From: Candidatus Omnitrophota bacterium
Lineage (GTDB): Bacteria > Omnitrophota > Gorgyraeia > 1-14-0-20-64-10
NCBI GenBank assembly: GCA_016177405.1
Contig: JACOVG010000003.1
Location: 32,050 to 96,049, forward strand
Length of the DNA: 64,000 bases
Reading direction: 5' to 3'
The translations under genes and the position numbers were made by a program. This document shows, one piece after another, positions 9,665 through 23,006 of the stretch (position 1 is its first letter; every line of letters starts with the position of its first letter). The notes beneath the pieces were generated by a model. It made no database searches and had not been told where the DNA came from. It saw only the letters and a list, made by a program, of their open reading frames with translations.

Positions 9665-11255
9665 GAATCCTTTCAAGCGGGAGAACCGGCTGGCCCACGG
9701 CGCGTGGTTTGCCTTGACCTGGGCGGCCCTGGCCCTCTTCCTGGGCGGTTCAGGGGAGAGGCCCTCCGCTGTCTGGCCCGAGGGGCAGGTGGCGCCTTAT
9801 ACCGTTTACTCCCCCCGGGCGTTCACTTCCTTTGAGGCGCTCCAGGAACGGAAGATTGAGCGGGGAGAGCTTCTGGTCACCAAGGGAGAGCGCTTGACGG
9901 CCGTCCAGGCGCAGCGCCTGGCGGCCTTGGCCCAGACCGGAACCTCCAAGAGGTCGTGGCCGGCGTGGCTGGGAGCGCTTCTATTTTCAAGCCTCGTGGC
10001 GGGGATCGGATGGATTTACATCGTACGCTTCGAGGCGGATCGCTTGAGGGAGCCTCTGGCCGGAGGCTTGGTCTGTTTGAGCGTGGTTTTGGTGCTGGGG
10101 CTGGCCCGGCTCATCCAGGAATCGCAGCTGGTCGCGGAATGGATTCCAACGGCCGCGGGCGCCTTCCTGATCTCGATGCTTCTTTCCCAGCGCTTGGCCA
10201 TCGCGGTGGGTCTTCTGACGGTGTGCGCGGTGGGGCTGGCGGTGGAGGCGTCCGTGCCGTGGCTGATTGCCTCCGCCCTGGGAGCCTTCGTCGGTTCCTT
10301 CGCGGGGCGCGGGATCCACCACAGGATCCATTTCTTCCGGGCCGGGGCGGTCGTGGGCCTGGCCCACGCGGGGGTCCTTCTGGCGTCCCACCTGGTGAAG
10401 GGGGACCCCCTGGCGGCCGCTTGGCCCCACGCGCTGGCCGGGATGGGCAGCGGCCTGGTTTCGGCCCTCATTGTCTTTTGCGTCCTGCCGCTGGCCGAGT
10501 CGGCCTTCGGGCTGATCACCGACGTGTCGCTGCTGGAGCTCTCGGATCTGAACCACCCTCTTTTGAAGGAGCTTTCGGTGAAGGCTCCCGGCACCTACCA
10601 CCACAGCCTGCTCGTGGCTTCACTGGCCGAGGCGGCCTCCGAGGCGGTGGGGGCCAACGCCCTTTTGGCCAGGGTCGGCTGCTACTTTCACGACGTGGGC
10701 AAGATGCTGCATCCGGAGTACTTTGTGGAGAACCAGCCCCCCGAGAGCTCCCGGCACGACGAGCTCACCCCCTCGGTGTCGACCCTGGTCATTCAAAACC
10801 ACGTGAAGGACGGCATCGAGCTGGCTCGCCGGCACCGGTTGAATCCGAGGATCATCGACTTCATTCCCGGCCACCACGGCACCGGGATCATCTATTTCTT
10901 TTACCGCCGGGCCCTGGAGGAGGTGGAGGATGAGAGCCTGCTCAAGGAGGAGCGCTTCCGCTACCCCGGGCCCAAGCCCCAGGGCCGCGAGGCGGCGGTC
11001 GCCCTCCTGGCCGATTCGGTGGAGGCGGCCACCCGGGCCTTGAAGGAGAGGACGCCGGAACGGATGGCCGAGGTGGTCCGGCGGATCGTGAACAACAAAT
11101 TCATCGACGGGCAGTTGGACGAGTGCGAGCTGACCCTGAAGGATCTCCACCGGATCACCGAAACCTTCCTCCGGGTCTTGGGCGGCATCTACCACAGCCG
11201 GGTGGAATATCCGTTGATGCCCGGCGATGAGCCGGAAACCGAGGTAGCCAGCTAG
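9645..11255 (+). CDS. 7TM-HD (HDIG) membrane phosphohydrolase, PgpH-like
   Basis: ATG 9645; multiple TM helices then LLELSDLNHPLL, APGTYHHS, FHDVGK, HHGT, LADSVEAA; phoH-HD-ybeY context. Confidence 0.9.
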   Translation: MPTENLKNPFKRENRLAHGAWFALTWAALALFLGGSGERPSAVWPEGQVAPYTVYSPRAFTSFEALQERKIERGELLVTKGERLTAVQAQRLAALAQTGTSKRSWPAWLGALLFSSLVAGIGWIYIVRFEADRLREPLAGGLVCLSVVLVLGLARLIQESQLVAEWIPTAAGAFLISMLLSQRLAIAVGLLTVCAVGLAVEASVPWLIASALGAFVGSFAGRGIHHRIHFFRAGAVVGLAHAGVLLASHLVKGDPLAAAWPHALAGMGSGLVSALIVFCVLPLAESAFGLITDVSLLELSDLNHPLLKELSVKAPGTYHHSLLVASLAEAASEAVGANALLARVGCYFHDVGKMLHPEYFVENQPPESSRHDELTPSVSTLVIQNHVKDGIELARRHRLNPRIIDFIPGHHGTGIIYFFYRRALEEVEDESLLKEERFRYPGPKPQGREAAVALLADSVEAATRALKERTPERMAEVVRRIVNNKFIDGQLDECELTLKDLHRITETFLRVLGGIYHSRVEYPLMPGDEPETEVAS

Positions 11256-11668
11256 TGCCGGTGGACGTGAGGCAATCACCCCGGCAGAGCCGGGTGAAGG
11301 TTCCGGAGATCCGGAGGGTGGCCGGGAGAATCTTGAAGGAGGCGGGCTGCGACTCCCAATATTTGTCGGTTTTGCTGACCGACGATGCCCGAATGGCGAA
11401 GATTCACCAAAGGTGGCTGGGAACCCTGGAGCCGACCGACGTGCTAAGCTTTTCCCAGCGGGGCCCTGCTTCTCCGGCTAAGATCTTGGGAGACGTCGCC
11501 ATCTCGGTTCAAACCGCCTTCCGGCTTCGAGGGCCCCGAGTTCGGGAGGAGGTCATCCGGTATCTGGTTCACGGGATTCTGCACCTGCTGGGTTACCGCC
11601 ACGACAAGCCCAAGGATAGGCGCCGGATGGAGCGCTTCGCCCGCCGCTTGGAAGCCTGCGCGGCATGA
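11255..11668 (+). CDS. ybeY: rRNA maturation endoribonuclease YbeY
   Basis: PTDVLSF, LGDVAIS, HGILHLLGYRH. Confidence 0.93.
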   Translation: MPVDVRQSPRQSRVKVPEIRRVAGRILKEAGCDSQYLSVLLTDDARMAKIHQRWLGTLEPTDVLSFSQRGPASPAKILGDVAISVQTAFRLRGPRVREEVIRYLVHGILHLLGYRHDKPKDRRRMERFARRLEACAA

Positions 11669-12057
11669 CCCCGCCCCCTTATCCCAGGGGACCTTGGCAG
11701 ATTTTTTGGGCCAGCTGCCGCTATGCCCTCAAGGGCTTGCGCTTCGCCTTTATTTCCCAGCGAAGTTTCCGGATTCATCTGGCTGCGGCCTTCGGCGTTC
11801 TGGCGGGGGCCTTCCTTCTGCGGCTCGACGCCAAGGAGACGGCGCTCATCCTGGCGATGGTCACGCTGGTTCTGATGGCCGAACTGATCAACACGGCCCT
11901 GGAGGTCGTTCTCAATTTGATGGAGGCGAGAGAGCATCCGGTGGTCCGGGCGGCCAAGGATGTGGCGGCCGCTTCCGTTCTGATGGCCGTGGCCGGCGCG
12001 GCGGCGGTGGGCGTGCTGATCCTGGGCCCCAAGCTGCTGGAAAGGCTCGGGAGATAG
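11665..12057 (+). CDS. dgkA: diacylglycerol/undecaprenol kinase family protein
   Basis: AELINTALE, AKDVAAASVL; 3 TM; follows ybeY. Confidence 0.88.
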   Translation: MTPPPYPRGPWQIFWASCRYALKGLRFAFISQRSFRIHLAAAFGVLAGAFLLRLDAKETALILAMVTLVLMAELINTALEVVLNLMEAREHPVVRAAKDVAAASVLMAVAGAAAVGVLILGPKLLERLGR

Positions 12058-12058
12058 C

Positions 12059-12706
12059 ATGATCAAGCGGCTCACGCGCAACTTCATGACCGGCTTGTTC
12101 GTCATCCTTCCGGCGGTCCTGACCTTCGGGGTTTTGAAGCTTCTCCTCGGAGGAATCGCCTCCTGGTTTGTCAATCCGCTGGTGCGGCTCATTTCTCCCT
12201 GGATCGCCCCGGGCTGGCTGACGGTCCTGGCCCGGCTGGGGATCGCGCTGGGTTTGATCGCCCTGGTTTCGTTGATCGGTTTCGGGACCCGGATTCTGCT
12301 GGTCAGCCGCCTCTTCCTCATGGGGGAGAGGCTGGTCCGCCGGGTGCCGATGGTGGGCAAGGTTTATGGGATGATCCGGGAGATTGCCGACGCCTTCAAG
12401 GGGCAAGCCCAGGGGGCCTTCACCCGGGTGGTGCTTTTGGAGTGGCCTCGCAAGGGTCTTTACGCCGTCGGTTTTGTCACCTCGGAAGGCAGGGGAGAGG
12501 TTCAGGAAAAAACCCCGGAGCATGTGGTGAACGTCTTTGTTCCAACGACCCCGAACCCCACCTCCGGGTATCTCATCCTGGCCGACCGGGAGACCCTGAT
12601 TCCTCTTTCCATGTCGGTGGAGGAGGGCTTGAAGCTGGTCATCTCCGGCGGCGTCGTGGGCCCCGCGGTCAGCCCGCCCAGGGCTGGGGCCAGTGGTGCC
12701 GCATGA
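12059..12706 (+). CDS. DUF502 family membrane protein
   Basis: FMTGLFVILP, VFVPTTPNPTSG, MSVEEGLKLVISGG. Confidence 0.88.
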   Translation: MIKRLTRNFMTGLFVILPAVLTFGVLKLLLGGIASWFVNPLVRLISPWIAPGWLTVLARLGIALGLIALVSLIGFGTRILLVSRLFLMGERLVRRVPMVGKVYGMIREIADAFKGQAQGAFTRVVLLEWPRKGLYAVGFVTSEGRGEVQEKTPEHVVNVFVPTTPNPTSGYLILADRETLIPLSMSVEEGLKLVISGGVVGPAVSPPRAGASGAA

Positions 12707-13362
12707 CAAAAACCCTGGGGATCATCCTCCGCTGTCAGGAGGTGCGCGAGACGAGCGTTCTGCTGACCGCTTACACGCAGGATCTGGGCAAGATCCGGGG
12801 GCTCATGAAAGGGGTGCGGGGAGGCCGGGCGGCCGTTCCTTGGTACCTGGAGCCCTTGAGCCTCCAGTCGATGGTCATCTACGAGAGGCGGCGTTCTCCG
12901 GTGAGCCTGATTGGAAGTCTGGATCTTCTGGACGCCTTTGAGCCGGTTCGGAGGGATCTCACCCGGATCGCCCACGCCTGCTCTTTCCTGGAACGGGTGG
13001 AGGCGATGACCGAGGTGTTGGATCCCCATCCGGAGATCTTTCATTTGCTTCGCGCGGTCTTGAGGGCGATGGGCGCGGGGGCGGATCCCCGTTCCATGGC
13101 CCGGTTCCTGGAGGTTCATCTTTTGAGGGTGAGCGGTCTTCTTCCGGAGGCCGAACGCCTGCCGCTTTCTCCCGGAGGGCTTCTGACGCTCAAGCAGATT
13201 ACCTCCACCGCCCTGGAGAAGATCGCCTCCCTGCGAATGTCGGGCGCCATCGCCGGGGAATTGGCGGCGGTCCTTCGGCCCTCGTTGGAGGCGGCCGCCC
13301 AGGGGCCGCTTAAAAGCCAGAGCTTCCTCAAGGATCTTAACCTGGAGGCCCTGGCGGCATGA
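12703..13362 (+). CDS. recO: DNA repair protein RecO
   Basis: ATG 12703; [24 protein letters not shown]...KGVR N-terminal OB fold; position before glyQ. Confidence 0.85.
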   Translation: MTKTLGIILRCQEVRETSVLLTAYTQDLGKIRGLMKGVRGGRAAVPWYLEPLSLQSMVIYERRRSPVSLIGSLDLLDAFEPVRRDLTRIAHACSFLERVEAMTEVLDPHPEIFHLLRAVLRAMGAGADPRSMARFLEVHLLRVSGLLPEAERLPLSPGGLLTLKQITSTALEKIASLRMSGAIAGELAAVLRPSLEAAAQGPLKSQSFLKDLNLEALAA

Positions 13363-14216
13363 CCCCCCCACCCGCCCTCACCTTTCAGGAATTGATCCTG
13401 CGCCTGGAAAGATTCTGGGCCGACCAGGGCTGTCTGATCGGCCAACCCTACGACATGGAGATGGGGGCCGGGACCTTCCATCCGCTGACCTTCTTCAAGG
13501 CCCTGGGAACCTCACCCTGGAAGACCGCCTTTGTGCAGCCCTGCCGGCGTCCCACGGACGGCCGCTACGCGGCCAACCCCTTGAGGGCGTCGCGCTATTA
13601 CCAGTATCAGGTGATCCTCAAACCCTCTCCGGAGGACGTCCAATCCCTCTACCTCAAAAGCCTGAAGGGGCTGGGGGTCGACCTGGCCGCTCACGATCTG
13701 CGCTTTGTGCAGGACGACTGGGAATCTCCCACCCTGGGGGCTTGGGGTTTGGGCTGGGAGGTGTGGCTCGACGGCCTGGAGGTGACCCAGTTCACCTACT
13801 TTCAGCAGGTGGGCGGCGTCGACCTTCCGGTCGTCTCGGCGGAGATCACCTACGGCCTGGAGCGGATCGCCATGTTCCTGCAGGGCAAGCTCGATCTCTA
13901 CGCCATCGCCTGGAACGGTGATCTCACCTACGGCGATCTCCACCGGCAGGATGAAGTGGAGCTGTGCCGCTACAACTTTGAGGCCTCCGATCCGGTTGTG
14001 TTGAGGCGCGATTTTGAAGAGTCGTTCGGCCAGGCGAAGAAACTTTTGGAGCAGGAGCTCCTTTTGCCCGCGTACGAAAAGCTTCTGATGGCTTCGCACG
14101 CCTTCAACGGGCTGGACGCCCGAGGGGCGGTGAGCGTCAACGAGCGGCCCACCCTGATTGCCGGGATTCGGAATCTGGCCAAGCGCTGCGCGCAAGCGTA
14201 CTTAAAAAGAGAATGA
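13359..14216 (+). CDS. glyQ: glycyl-tRNA synthetase alpha subunit
   Basis: [47 protein letters not shown]. Confidence 0.97.
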   Translation: MTPPPALTFQELILRLERFWADQGCLIGQPYDMEMGAGTFHPLTFFKALGTSPWKTAFVQPCRRPTDGRYAANPLRASRYYQYQVILKPSPEDVQSLYLKSLKGLGVDLAAHDLRFVQDDWESPTLGAWGLGWEVWLDGLEVTQFTYFQQVGGVDLPVVSAEITYGLERIAMFLQGKLDLYAIAWNGDLTYGDLHRQDEVELCRYNFEASDPVVLRRDFEESFGQAKKLLEQELLLPAYEKLLMASHAFNGLDARGAVSVNERPTLIAGIRNLAKRCAQAYLKRE

Positions 14217-14219
14217 GTT

Positions 14220-16428
14220 ATGAGTCGTAACTTTCTTCTTGAGGTGGGCTGCGAAGAGCTTCCCTCCGAGGACCTGCCCGGGGTGCTGGACTGGGAAAGG
14301 GAAGGGCCTCGGGCGGCTGGAGGACTGGCCTCTTCCGCCGTTTCCGTCCTGTCGGACAAGAATGCCGTCTGGAAGTCGGTCCAGAGCTTCGCGACCCCCC
14401 GGCGGTTGGTCCTTCTGATCCGCGGGCTGGAGGAGAAGGTCTGCAGGGAGGAGAAGGGTCCTCCTGTTTCCGTCGCCTACGACGCGCAGGGCCGTCCCAC
14501 CCGGGCGGCCGAGGCCTTCGCGAGGCGGCACGGCCTTCCGGTTTCCAGGCTGACCCGGAAACAAACCCCCAAGGCAGAGGTGGTGGTCGCGCGGTACAGC
14601 CTTGCCGTGACAGAAGTCCTGGCGCAGGCGGTACCCCAGATGATCGAGGGGATGGTTTTTCCCAAAACGATGCGATGGGACGACTCCGGCGCGCGGTTCG
14701 CCAGGCCGGTTCGCTGGCTGCTTTGCCTTTTCGGCAAGAAGGTCATTGCCTGCTCTTTTGGCCGGGTCAAGGCAGGGAACAAGACGTGTCTCACGCGCCG
14801 CGCCGAGGATAAGCCGGTGCCGGTGACCTCGGTGGATCGTTATTTCGGCCTTATGAAGAAGGAGCGGATTCAACTGGAGCAGGGAATCCGGATTACGCCT
14901 GGAAAGGAACCCTTCACGCACCTGTTTAAGGAGCAGGTTCCTCTGAAGAAAGAGAGGCTGCAGAAAGCCCTCGAGGCGAAGGCGAAAGCCCTTTCCGGGC
15001 GGCTTTACCCCGCGGCCTCCGCGGAGTTTGAGTGGCTGCTTTCGACGGCGACCTTCCTGGCCGAGGATCCGGTGGTTCGGGAGGGTTCGTTCGAGGCGAA
15101 ATACCTGGCCCTGCCGCCGGAGGTTCTGGCCGCCTCCATGGCCAAGCATCTGAAGTTGTTCAGCGTTTATGCCGCCGATGGGAAGAGACTGCTCCCGAAA
15201 TTTCTGGCTGTCCTGGAGGGCCGGCCCGGCAAGCCCGCCACGGTCACGGCCAACCTCGAACGGATCATCGAAGCCCGTTTCAGCGACGCCAGCTTTTTCT
15301 ATGAGGAGGACACCCGCCAGCCCCTGGAGGCCAAGGTGGAGCAGCTTCGGGGGGTCGTTTTCCACGAGAAGCTGGGAACCGTCTACGAGCGCATTCCCAG
15401 AATCGAGAAACTGCTTGCGGTCATCTTGGAGGGTTCCTCCCTCTCACGCGGCCTGGGTGTGCCGCTCCTGGCCCGGATGGCCCGTTTGTGCAAGGCCGAT
15501 CTGGTTACCCAGATGGTCCGGGAGTTTCCTTCGCTTCAGGGGGTGGTGGGCGGATACTACGCTAAGCAGTCCGGAGAATCCGAGTGGGTATCTCGCGCCA
15601 TCGGCGAACATTACCGTCCGAAAAGCTTCTCGGATCCCCTGCCGGGGACTCCGCTGGGATCCTGGTTGAGCCTGGCCGACCGGCTGGACGCGCTGACGGG
15701 CTATTTCGGCGTGGGATTAAAACCGACCGGTTCGGCCGATCCCTACGCCCTGCGCCGGGCCGCGCTGGGGGCCGTGAGAATCCTGACCGATGAACGGGAG
15801 GCCTTCTCGCTCACGGGGCTGTCGGTTGACAGCCTCATCCGGGCGGGGATAGAATCGTGGGGCTCGCGGTTGACCCTGCCTGCCCAGGTGGTCCAGGAGG
15901 AGCTTCAGGCCTTTCTTAAGGAACGCTGGCTTTGGCTCGCGGGCCAGGCTCACCCCGGGGCAGGCGGGCAGTGGCTTGACGCCGTTTGGTCGCCGAACCC
16001 CGGAGATCTCATCGGCGCCTGGCGCCGGTTGGAGATGCTCCTCGGATTCCTCAAGAATCCCAAATCCAGGGAGACGGTCCTTCGGGCGGCCAAGGTGGCG
16101 GAGCGCTCCGGCCGGATGGTGCGAGCCGCTTCCGGGGAGGAGGTCCGGGGGTCGGTGGATGCCTCCCTTTTTCAGGAGCCGGTGGAGAAGGAGCTTTGGC
16201 GGCAGTGGCAGGAGCTTTCGCCGGTGTTGTCCGGCCAGCTGGCGCGTTCGGAATATCTGGCGGCGCTGGCGAGCTACGGCCGGCTGCGGGAACCGCTCCA
16301 CGCTTACTTTGAGAAGGTCTTCGTGATGGGTTCCGACCAGGCCCAGAGAATCAATCGCTTGCTTTTTTTAAAGGAGATTCATACCGCCATGGCCGGTCAT
16401 TTCGCCGATCTTTCCGAGGTTGCCCAAG

Positions 16429-16436
<8 letters not shown>
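14220..16436 (+). CDS. glyS: glycyl-tRNA synthetase beta subunit
   Basis: [41 protein letters not shown]. Confidence 0.95.
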
Positions 16437-19144
<2,708 letters not shown>

Positions 19145-19152
<8 letters not shown>

Positions 19153-19969
19153 TCCGCTCAAGCTTTACCTGAAGGACATCAAGGACATCCCGCTGTTGAC
19201 CGCGGCGGAGGAGATCACGCTTGCCCGGAGGATCAAGAGGGGAGATGCCCAGGCCCGCCGGAGGATGATCCAATCCAACCTGCGGCTCGTCATCTCCATC
19301 GCCAAGCGGTACTCTTACCTGGGGGTTCCGATCTCGGATTTGATCGAGGAGGGCAACCTCGGGCTGATGCGGGCGGTGGCCAAGTTCAACCCGGGACGGG
19401 GCTTTCGCTTCTCCACCTACGCGGCCTGGTGGATCAAGCAGTATGTCCTGCGGTCGATCGCCAACCAAGGCAAGACGGTGAGGATCCCGGTTTACATGGT
19501 GGACATCATCTCCCGCTACCGGAAGACGACGGAGCGGTTAAGCCAAAAGCTGGGCCGCCGGCCCCACGCGAACGAGATCGCCCATTCGATGAAGCTTCCG
19601 GTGGCGAAGATCCGGGAGATCGAGGGGATGCTGCTGACCCCGGCCTCGCTGGACGCCCCCCTGGGCGAGGAGGGGACCGCTCCCTTCCTGGAGGTCCTGG
19701 AAGAGCTCCAGCCCGTGAGCAAGGATGAGCTGGCCAATTTGCTGGCCCACGAGCAGGTGGAGGATCTCCTGGAGAGGCTGACCGAGCGGGAGAGGGAGAT
19801 TTTGTCGCTTCGCTACGGGCTCAAGGATGGGATCGCCTACACCCTCCTGGAGACGGCCAAGCGCGTGGGTCTGACCCGGGAGCGGGTTCGTCAGATCCAG
19901 GGCTCGGCCGAGCGCAAGCTCCACAACTTCCTGGCCAGCCAGGAGAGGGCCTCCTCCGATGGATCTTAA
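19145..19969 (+). CDS. RpoD/RpoS-like sigma-70 factor lacking region 1.1
   Basis: DPLKLYL region 1.2, [31 protein letters not shown], region 4 TRERVRQIQ. Confidence 0.92.
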
Positions 19970-20480
19970 GACCTTCATCCGGGACGTTCCCGGCTACCCC
20001 AAACCCGGGATTGTTTTCAAGGACATCACCCCTTTGTGGAAAGATCCACGGGCCTTCCGCTTTATGGTGGATGGCCTGGTGGATCACTTTAAGGGAAAAG
20101 GGATTCAGGTGGTGGCCTCCATCGAGTCGCGCGGCTTCATCGTGGGCTCCGCGGTGGCCTTCGCCCTGGGGGCCGGTTTTGTCCCCATTCGGAAGGCCGG
20201 CAAGCTGCCCTGGAACACGGTGAAGGCCTCCTATTCCCTGGAGTACGGCGAGGCGACGTCCGAGGTCCACACCGATGCCTTCCAGCCGGGGGCGCGGGTC
20301 CTTCTGCTGGACGATCTCCTGGCCACCGGCGGCACGGCCGAGGCGGCGATGAAACTCCTGGCGGAGCTTAAGGCCGAGGTGGCGGGAATGGGCTTCATCG
20401 TGGAGCTCGGCTTCCTGAAGGGAAGGGAGAAACTTGCCCCCCTGGGGGCGGAGATCTTCTCCCTGATTCGCTACGAGTAG
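19959..20480 (+). CDS. apt: adenine phosphoribosyltransferase
   Basis: PKPGIVFKDIT, ESRGF, RKAGKLP, LEYG, LLDDLLATGGT. Confidence 0.96.
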   Translation: MDLKTFIRDVPGYPKPGIVFKDITPLWKDPRAFRFMVDGLVDHFKGKGIQVVASIESRGFIVGSAVAFALGAGFVPIRKAGKLPWNTVKASYSLEYGEATSEVHTDAFQPGARVLLLDDLLATGGTAEAAMKLLAELKAEVAGMGFIVELGFLKGREKLAPLGAEIFSLIRYE

Positions 20481-20486
20481 AAAAAA

Positions 20487-20560
20487 CGCGCCTGGGCCGA
20501 TTCGAACGGCCGGCCCCCTCCTTAGGAGTGAGGTGCTCTATCCATCTGAGCTACAGGCGC
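20487..20560 (-). tRNA. tRNA-Arg (anticodon CCT)
   Basis: Minus strand GCGCCTG-TA-GCTC AGATGGATA GAGC-A-CCTCA CT CCT AA GGAGG-GGGCC-GGCCG TTCGAAT CGGCC-CAGGCGC-G cloverleaf; A.G mismatch at the last anticodon-stem pair; no encoded CCA. Confidence 0.92.
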
Positions 20561-20600
20561 AGCGTGCAATGAAACCGTTTTTATTATACACTGGTTCGCC

Positions 20601-21296
20601 ATGATTGACCTGCACATGCACACCCTGTTAAGCGACGGGGTGCTGATTCCCTCGGAGCTCGTGCGCCGGGCCCGGGTCAAGGGCTATCGCGCCCTGGCCA
20701 TCACCGACCACGTGGATGCCGGCAACGTCGAAACCCTGGTGCCGCAGCTGGTGGAGCTCTGCGAGCGGCTGAACCTTCATGCCGGGGTGGTGGTGGTGCC
20801 GGGGGTGGAGGTGACCCATGTGCCTTTACCCGATCTGGAGGCGGTTGTTGCCTCCGCGCGGGCGGCCGGGGCCCATCTCATTGTGGTTCACGGGGAAACC
20901 CTCGTGGAGCCGGTGGCGCCCGGCACCAACCGCCGCGCCCTTGAGCTGGACATCGACGTCCTGGCCCATCCGGGCTTGATCACCCGAGAAGAGGCGGCCC
21001 TGGCGGCCAGGCGGGGAATCGCCCTGGAGATTTCCTCCCGCAGGGGCCACAGCCTGTCCAACGGCCACGTGGCCCAGATGGCCGCCTTAACCGGCGCCAA
21101 GCTTATCCTTAATACCGACGCCCACGCGCCCGAAGACCTCCTGACCCTGCCGGAGGCCAAAAGGGTGGCCCAGGGAGCGGGCCTGAAGGGGGGTCAAATC
21201 GATCGGCTTTACGCCGAATCGGCCCGCTTGGTGGAAAGGGTGAGCGGCCGGCGTGTTTCCGGAAAAAATCGGCGTGTTTCCGGAAAAAAAGCTTGA
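20601..21296 (+). CDS. PHP-domain (histidinol-phosphatase-like) hydrolase
   Basis: IDLHMHT, AITDH, GVEVTH, HGET, LAHPG, NTDAH metal-binding motifs. Confidence 0.9.
   Translation: MIDLHMHTLLSDGVLIPSELVRRARVKGYRALAITDHVDAGNVETLVPQLVELCERLNLHAGVVVVPGVEVTHVPLPDLEAVVASARAAGAHLIVVHGETLVEPVAPGTNRRALELDIDVLAHPGLITREEAALAARRGIALEISSRRGHSLSNGHVAQMAALTGAKLILNTDAHAPEDLLTLPEAKRVAQGAGLKGGQIDRLYAESARLVERVSGRRVSGKNRRVSGKKA
21249..21290. repeat. 21-bp tandem duplication containing palindrome TTTCCGGAAA
   Basis: CGGCGTGTTTCCGGAAAAAAT followed by CGGCGTGTTTCCGGAAAAAAA. Confidence 0.9.
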
Positions 21297-21322
21297 CAAC
21301 GTTGCCCCAAGCGTATTAACAT
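21293..21322 (+). promoter_or_regulatory. putative sigma-70 promoter of the beta-barrel gene
   Basis: TTGACA at 21293-21298; AT-rich -10-like TATTAACAT at 21314-21322. Confidence 0.55.
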
Positions 21323-21504
21323 CTTGCAAACTTCACGAGTTGCTCTGTGGGCTTAAGTAGGGGAGCCGAGAGCCTCGCGACGTGGAGAAGGGCAGGGTAA
21401 CGGTTAACAAGGGAAGTCGTTAGCTCCCCCGACAGGAAGTGCAGCGGTTGGTTGACTTACGACAGCAGTTGATTCCATTTAAGGAAAGGGAGGGTTAAAA
21501 CACG

Positions 21505-22992
21505 ATGCGTAGATTGATACTCGTGGGACTTCTGGCGTTTGCCGTGGCCCTGGTTGGGACCGCGTACGCCGAACCCGAGAACATCAAGGTTAGCGGCGAC
21601 GTTAACCTCAAGGCAATGACCATTCACAACTACGACTTGAAGCTCAAGCAGAAGAACGAGTCCGGTCAGCTCAACGCGACAGCGGTGGCTCCGGATCCGT
21701 CCGATGACGACGACAACGTCGGGTTTCTCCTTTCCACCGTGCATCTTCAGGTGGACGCGGATCTCACCGACAACGTCTCAGCGACCGTTCAGCTCGTCAA
21801 CCAGAGACCCTGGGATGCCGAGGCGCATGCCGCCGGCCGCGACACCGACAGCATCAACATCGATCAGGCCTACGTCGTGCTGAAGGAGTTCCTCTACTCG
21901 CCCCTTACGGTCATCGCGGGGCGACAGGACATTACCTACGGCAACGGCTTCATCGTGGGAGCGGGTCTTTTGGCCGACCCCGATGGAGCGTTCGCGTCTC
22001 TTGCCGCCAACGGCGACACGAACCAGGCCCAGATGGGTCAGGAGCACAGCGACTACAACTCCTACGACGCGGTCCGGCTGATCCTCGATTTCGCGCCGAT
22101 CACGGTGGAGGGGTTGTTCTCCAAGATCAACGAGACCGGCGACGTGGGCGACGATCAGACCCTGTACGGGGCGCTGGTCAACTACAAGCTGGACCAGTGG
22201 AACGCCGAGATCGAGCCGTACTGGTTCTTCAAGAAGGACGAGGACGGCGCGGCCAACATCACGGTCAACGACGCCGTCTCGGCCAGCAACGCGGCACGGA
22301 CCTACGAGTCGAATGAGGTCCATACCACCGGTTTGCGTTTGGCCGCTTCTCCGATCGAGAATCTGTCGATCTCGGGGGAGGGGGCGCACCAGTTCGGCGA
22401 GATCACGGACACGACCCCGCAGGTCCAGACGAGGGACCGGGATGCCTGGGGCGCCAACATCGATGTCCGGTACAACTGGGTGAATGCCCCGTGGACGCCG
22501 ACCACCGGCGTGGGTTGGGTTTTCTACTCCGGTGAGGATTCGTCCCCGGCGGGCACCACAAGAAATGAGAGCGACAAGTTTAACGCCTGGGACCCGATGT
22601 TCCGCGGCTCCTTCCAGACCTACATCCAGGACTTCTTGACCGGTCAGGATGCCCCCGCGGGCCTGTACACCACGTTCGACGCCAACGACACCGCAGCCAC
22701 AACGAACCGGCACCTGTTCTATTTCGATGTGGGGTTAAAGGCGCTGGAGGATCTGACCCTCTGGGGCCGGTACACCCATGCCCGGTTCGACAAGGCACCC
22801 CGGGTTGGCCGGGATGACCATGCCGGCGACGAGGTGGACCTGAAGGCCACCTACGACTACACCGAGGATGTTCAGTTGGCCTTCTGGAGCGGTTTGTTCC
22901 TCCCCGGCAGCTACTACGACGAGGCAGATTCCAATGCCCGGGGCAACGACCTGGCGTGGACCGGAGGGGCGGCAGCCAACGTCAAGTTCTAA
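21505..22992 (+). CDS. outer-membrane beta-barrel protein (alginate export/porin-like)
   Basis: Signal peptide ending AYA; alternating amphipathic strands; GRQDITYGNG and GDEVDL motifs; C-terminal Phe; strong SD (GGAGG). Confidence 0.8.
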   Translation: MRRLILVGLLAFAVALVGTAYAEPENIKVSGDVNLKAMTIHNYDLKLKQKNESGQLNATAVAPDPSDDDDNVGFLLSTVHLQVDADLTDNVSATVQLVNQRPWDAEAHAAGRDTDSINIDQAYVVLKEFLYSPLTVIAGRQDITYGNGFIVGAGLLADPDGAFASLAANGDTNQAQMGQEHSDYNSYDAVRLILDFAPITVEGLFSKINETGDVGDDQTLYGALVNYKLDQWNAEIEPYWFFKKDEDGAANITVNDAVSASNAARTYESNEVHTTGLRLAASPIENLSISGEGAHQFGEITDTTPQVQTRDRDAWGANIDVRYNWVNAPWTPTTGVGWVFYSGEDSSPAGTTRNESDKFNAWDPMFRGSFQTYIQDFLTGQDAPAGLYTTFDANDTAATTNRHLFYFDVGLKALEDLTLWGRYTHARFDKAPRVGRDDHAGDEVDLKATYDYTEDVQLAFWSGLFLPGSYYDEADSNARGNDLAWTGGAAANVKF

Positions 22993-23006
22993 TTTCTCGT
23001 AAGCCC

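Noticed and set aside
14424-14435. GGGCTGGAGGAG in glyS, and AGLEE in dnaG (27324-27338)
   Set aside because: Isolated chance matches inside conserved enzymes without Pro-rich linkers. They show the motif has a non-zero background but do not explain ten copies in one ORF.
20521-20533. A.G mismatch in the tRNA-Arg(CCT) anticodon stem as a sign of a pseudogene
   Set aside because: All other arms pair perfectly and a minus-strand TATAAT lies upstream, so the gene is probably functional.
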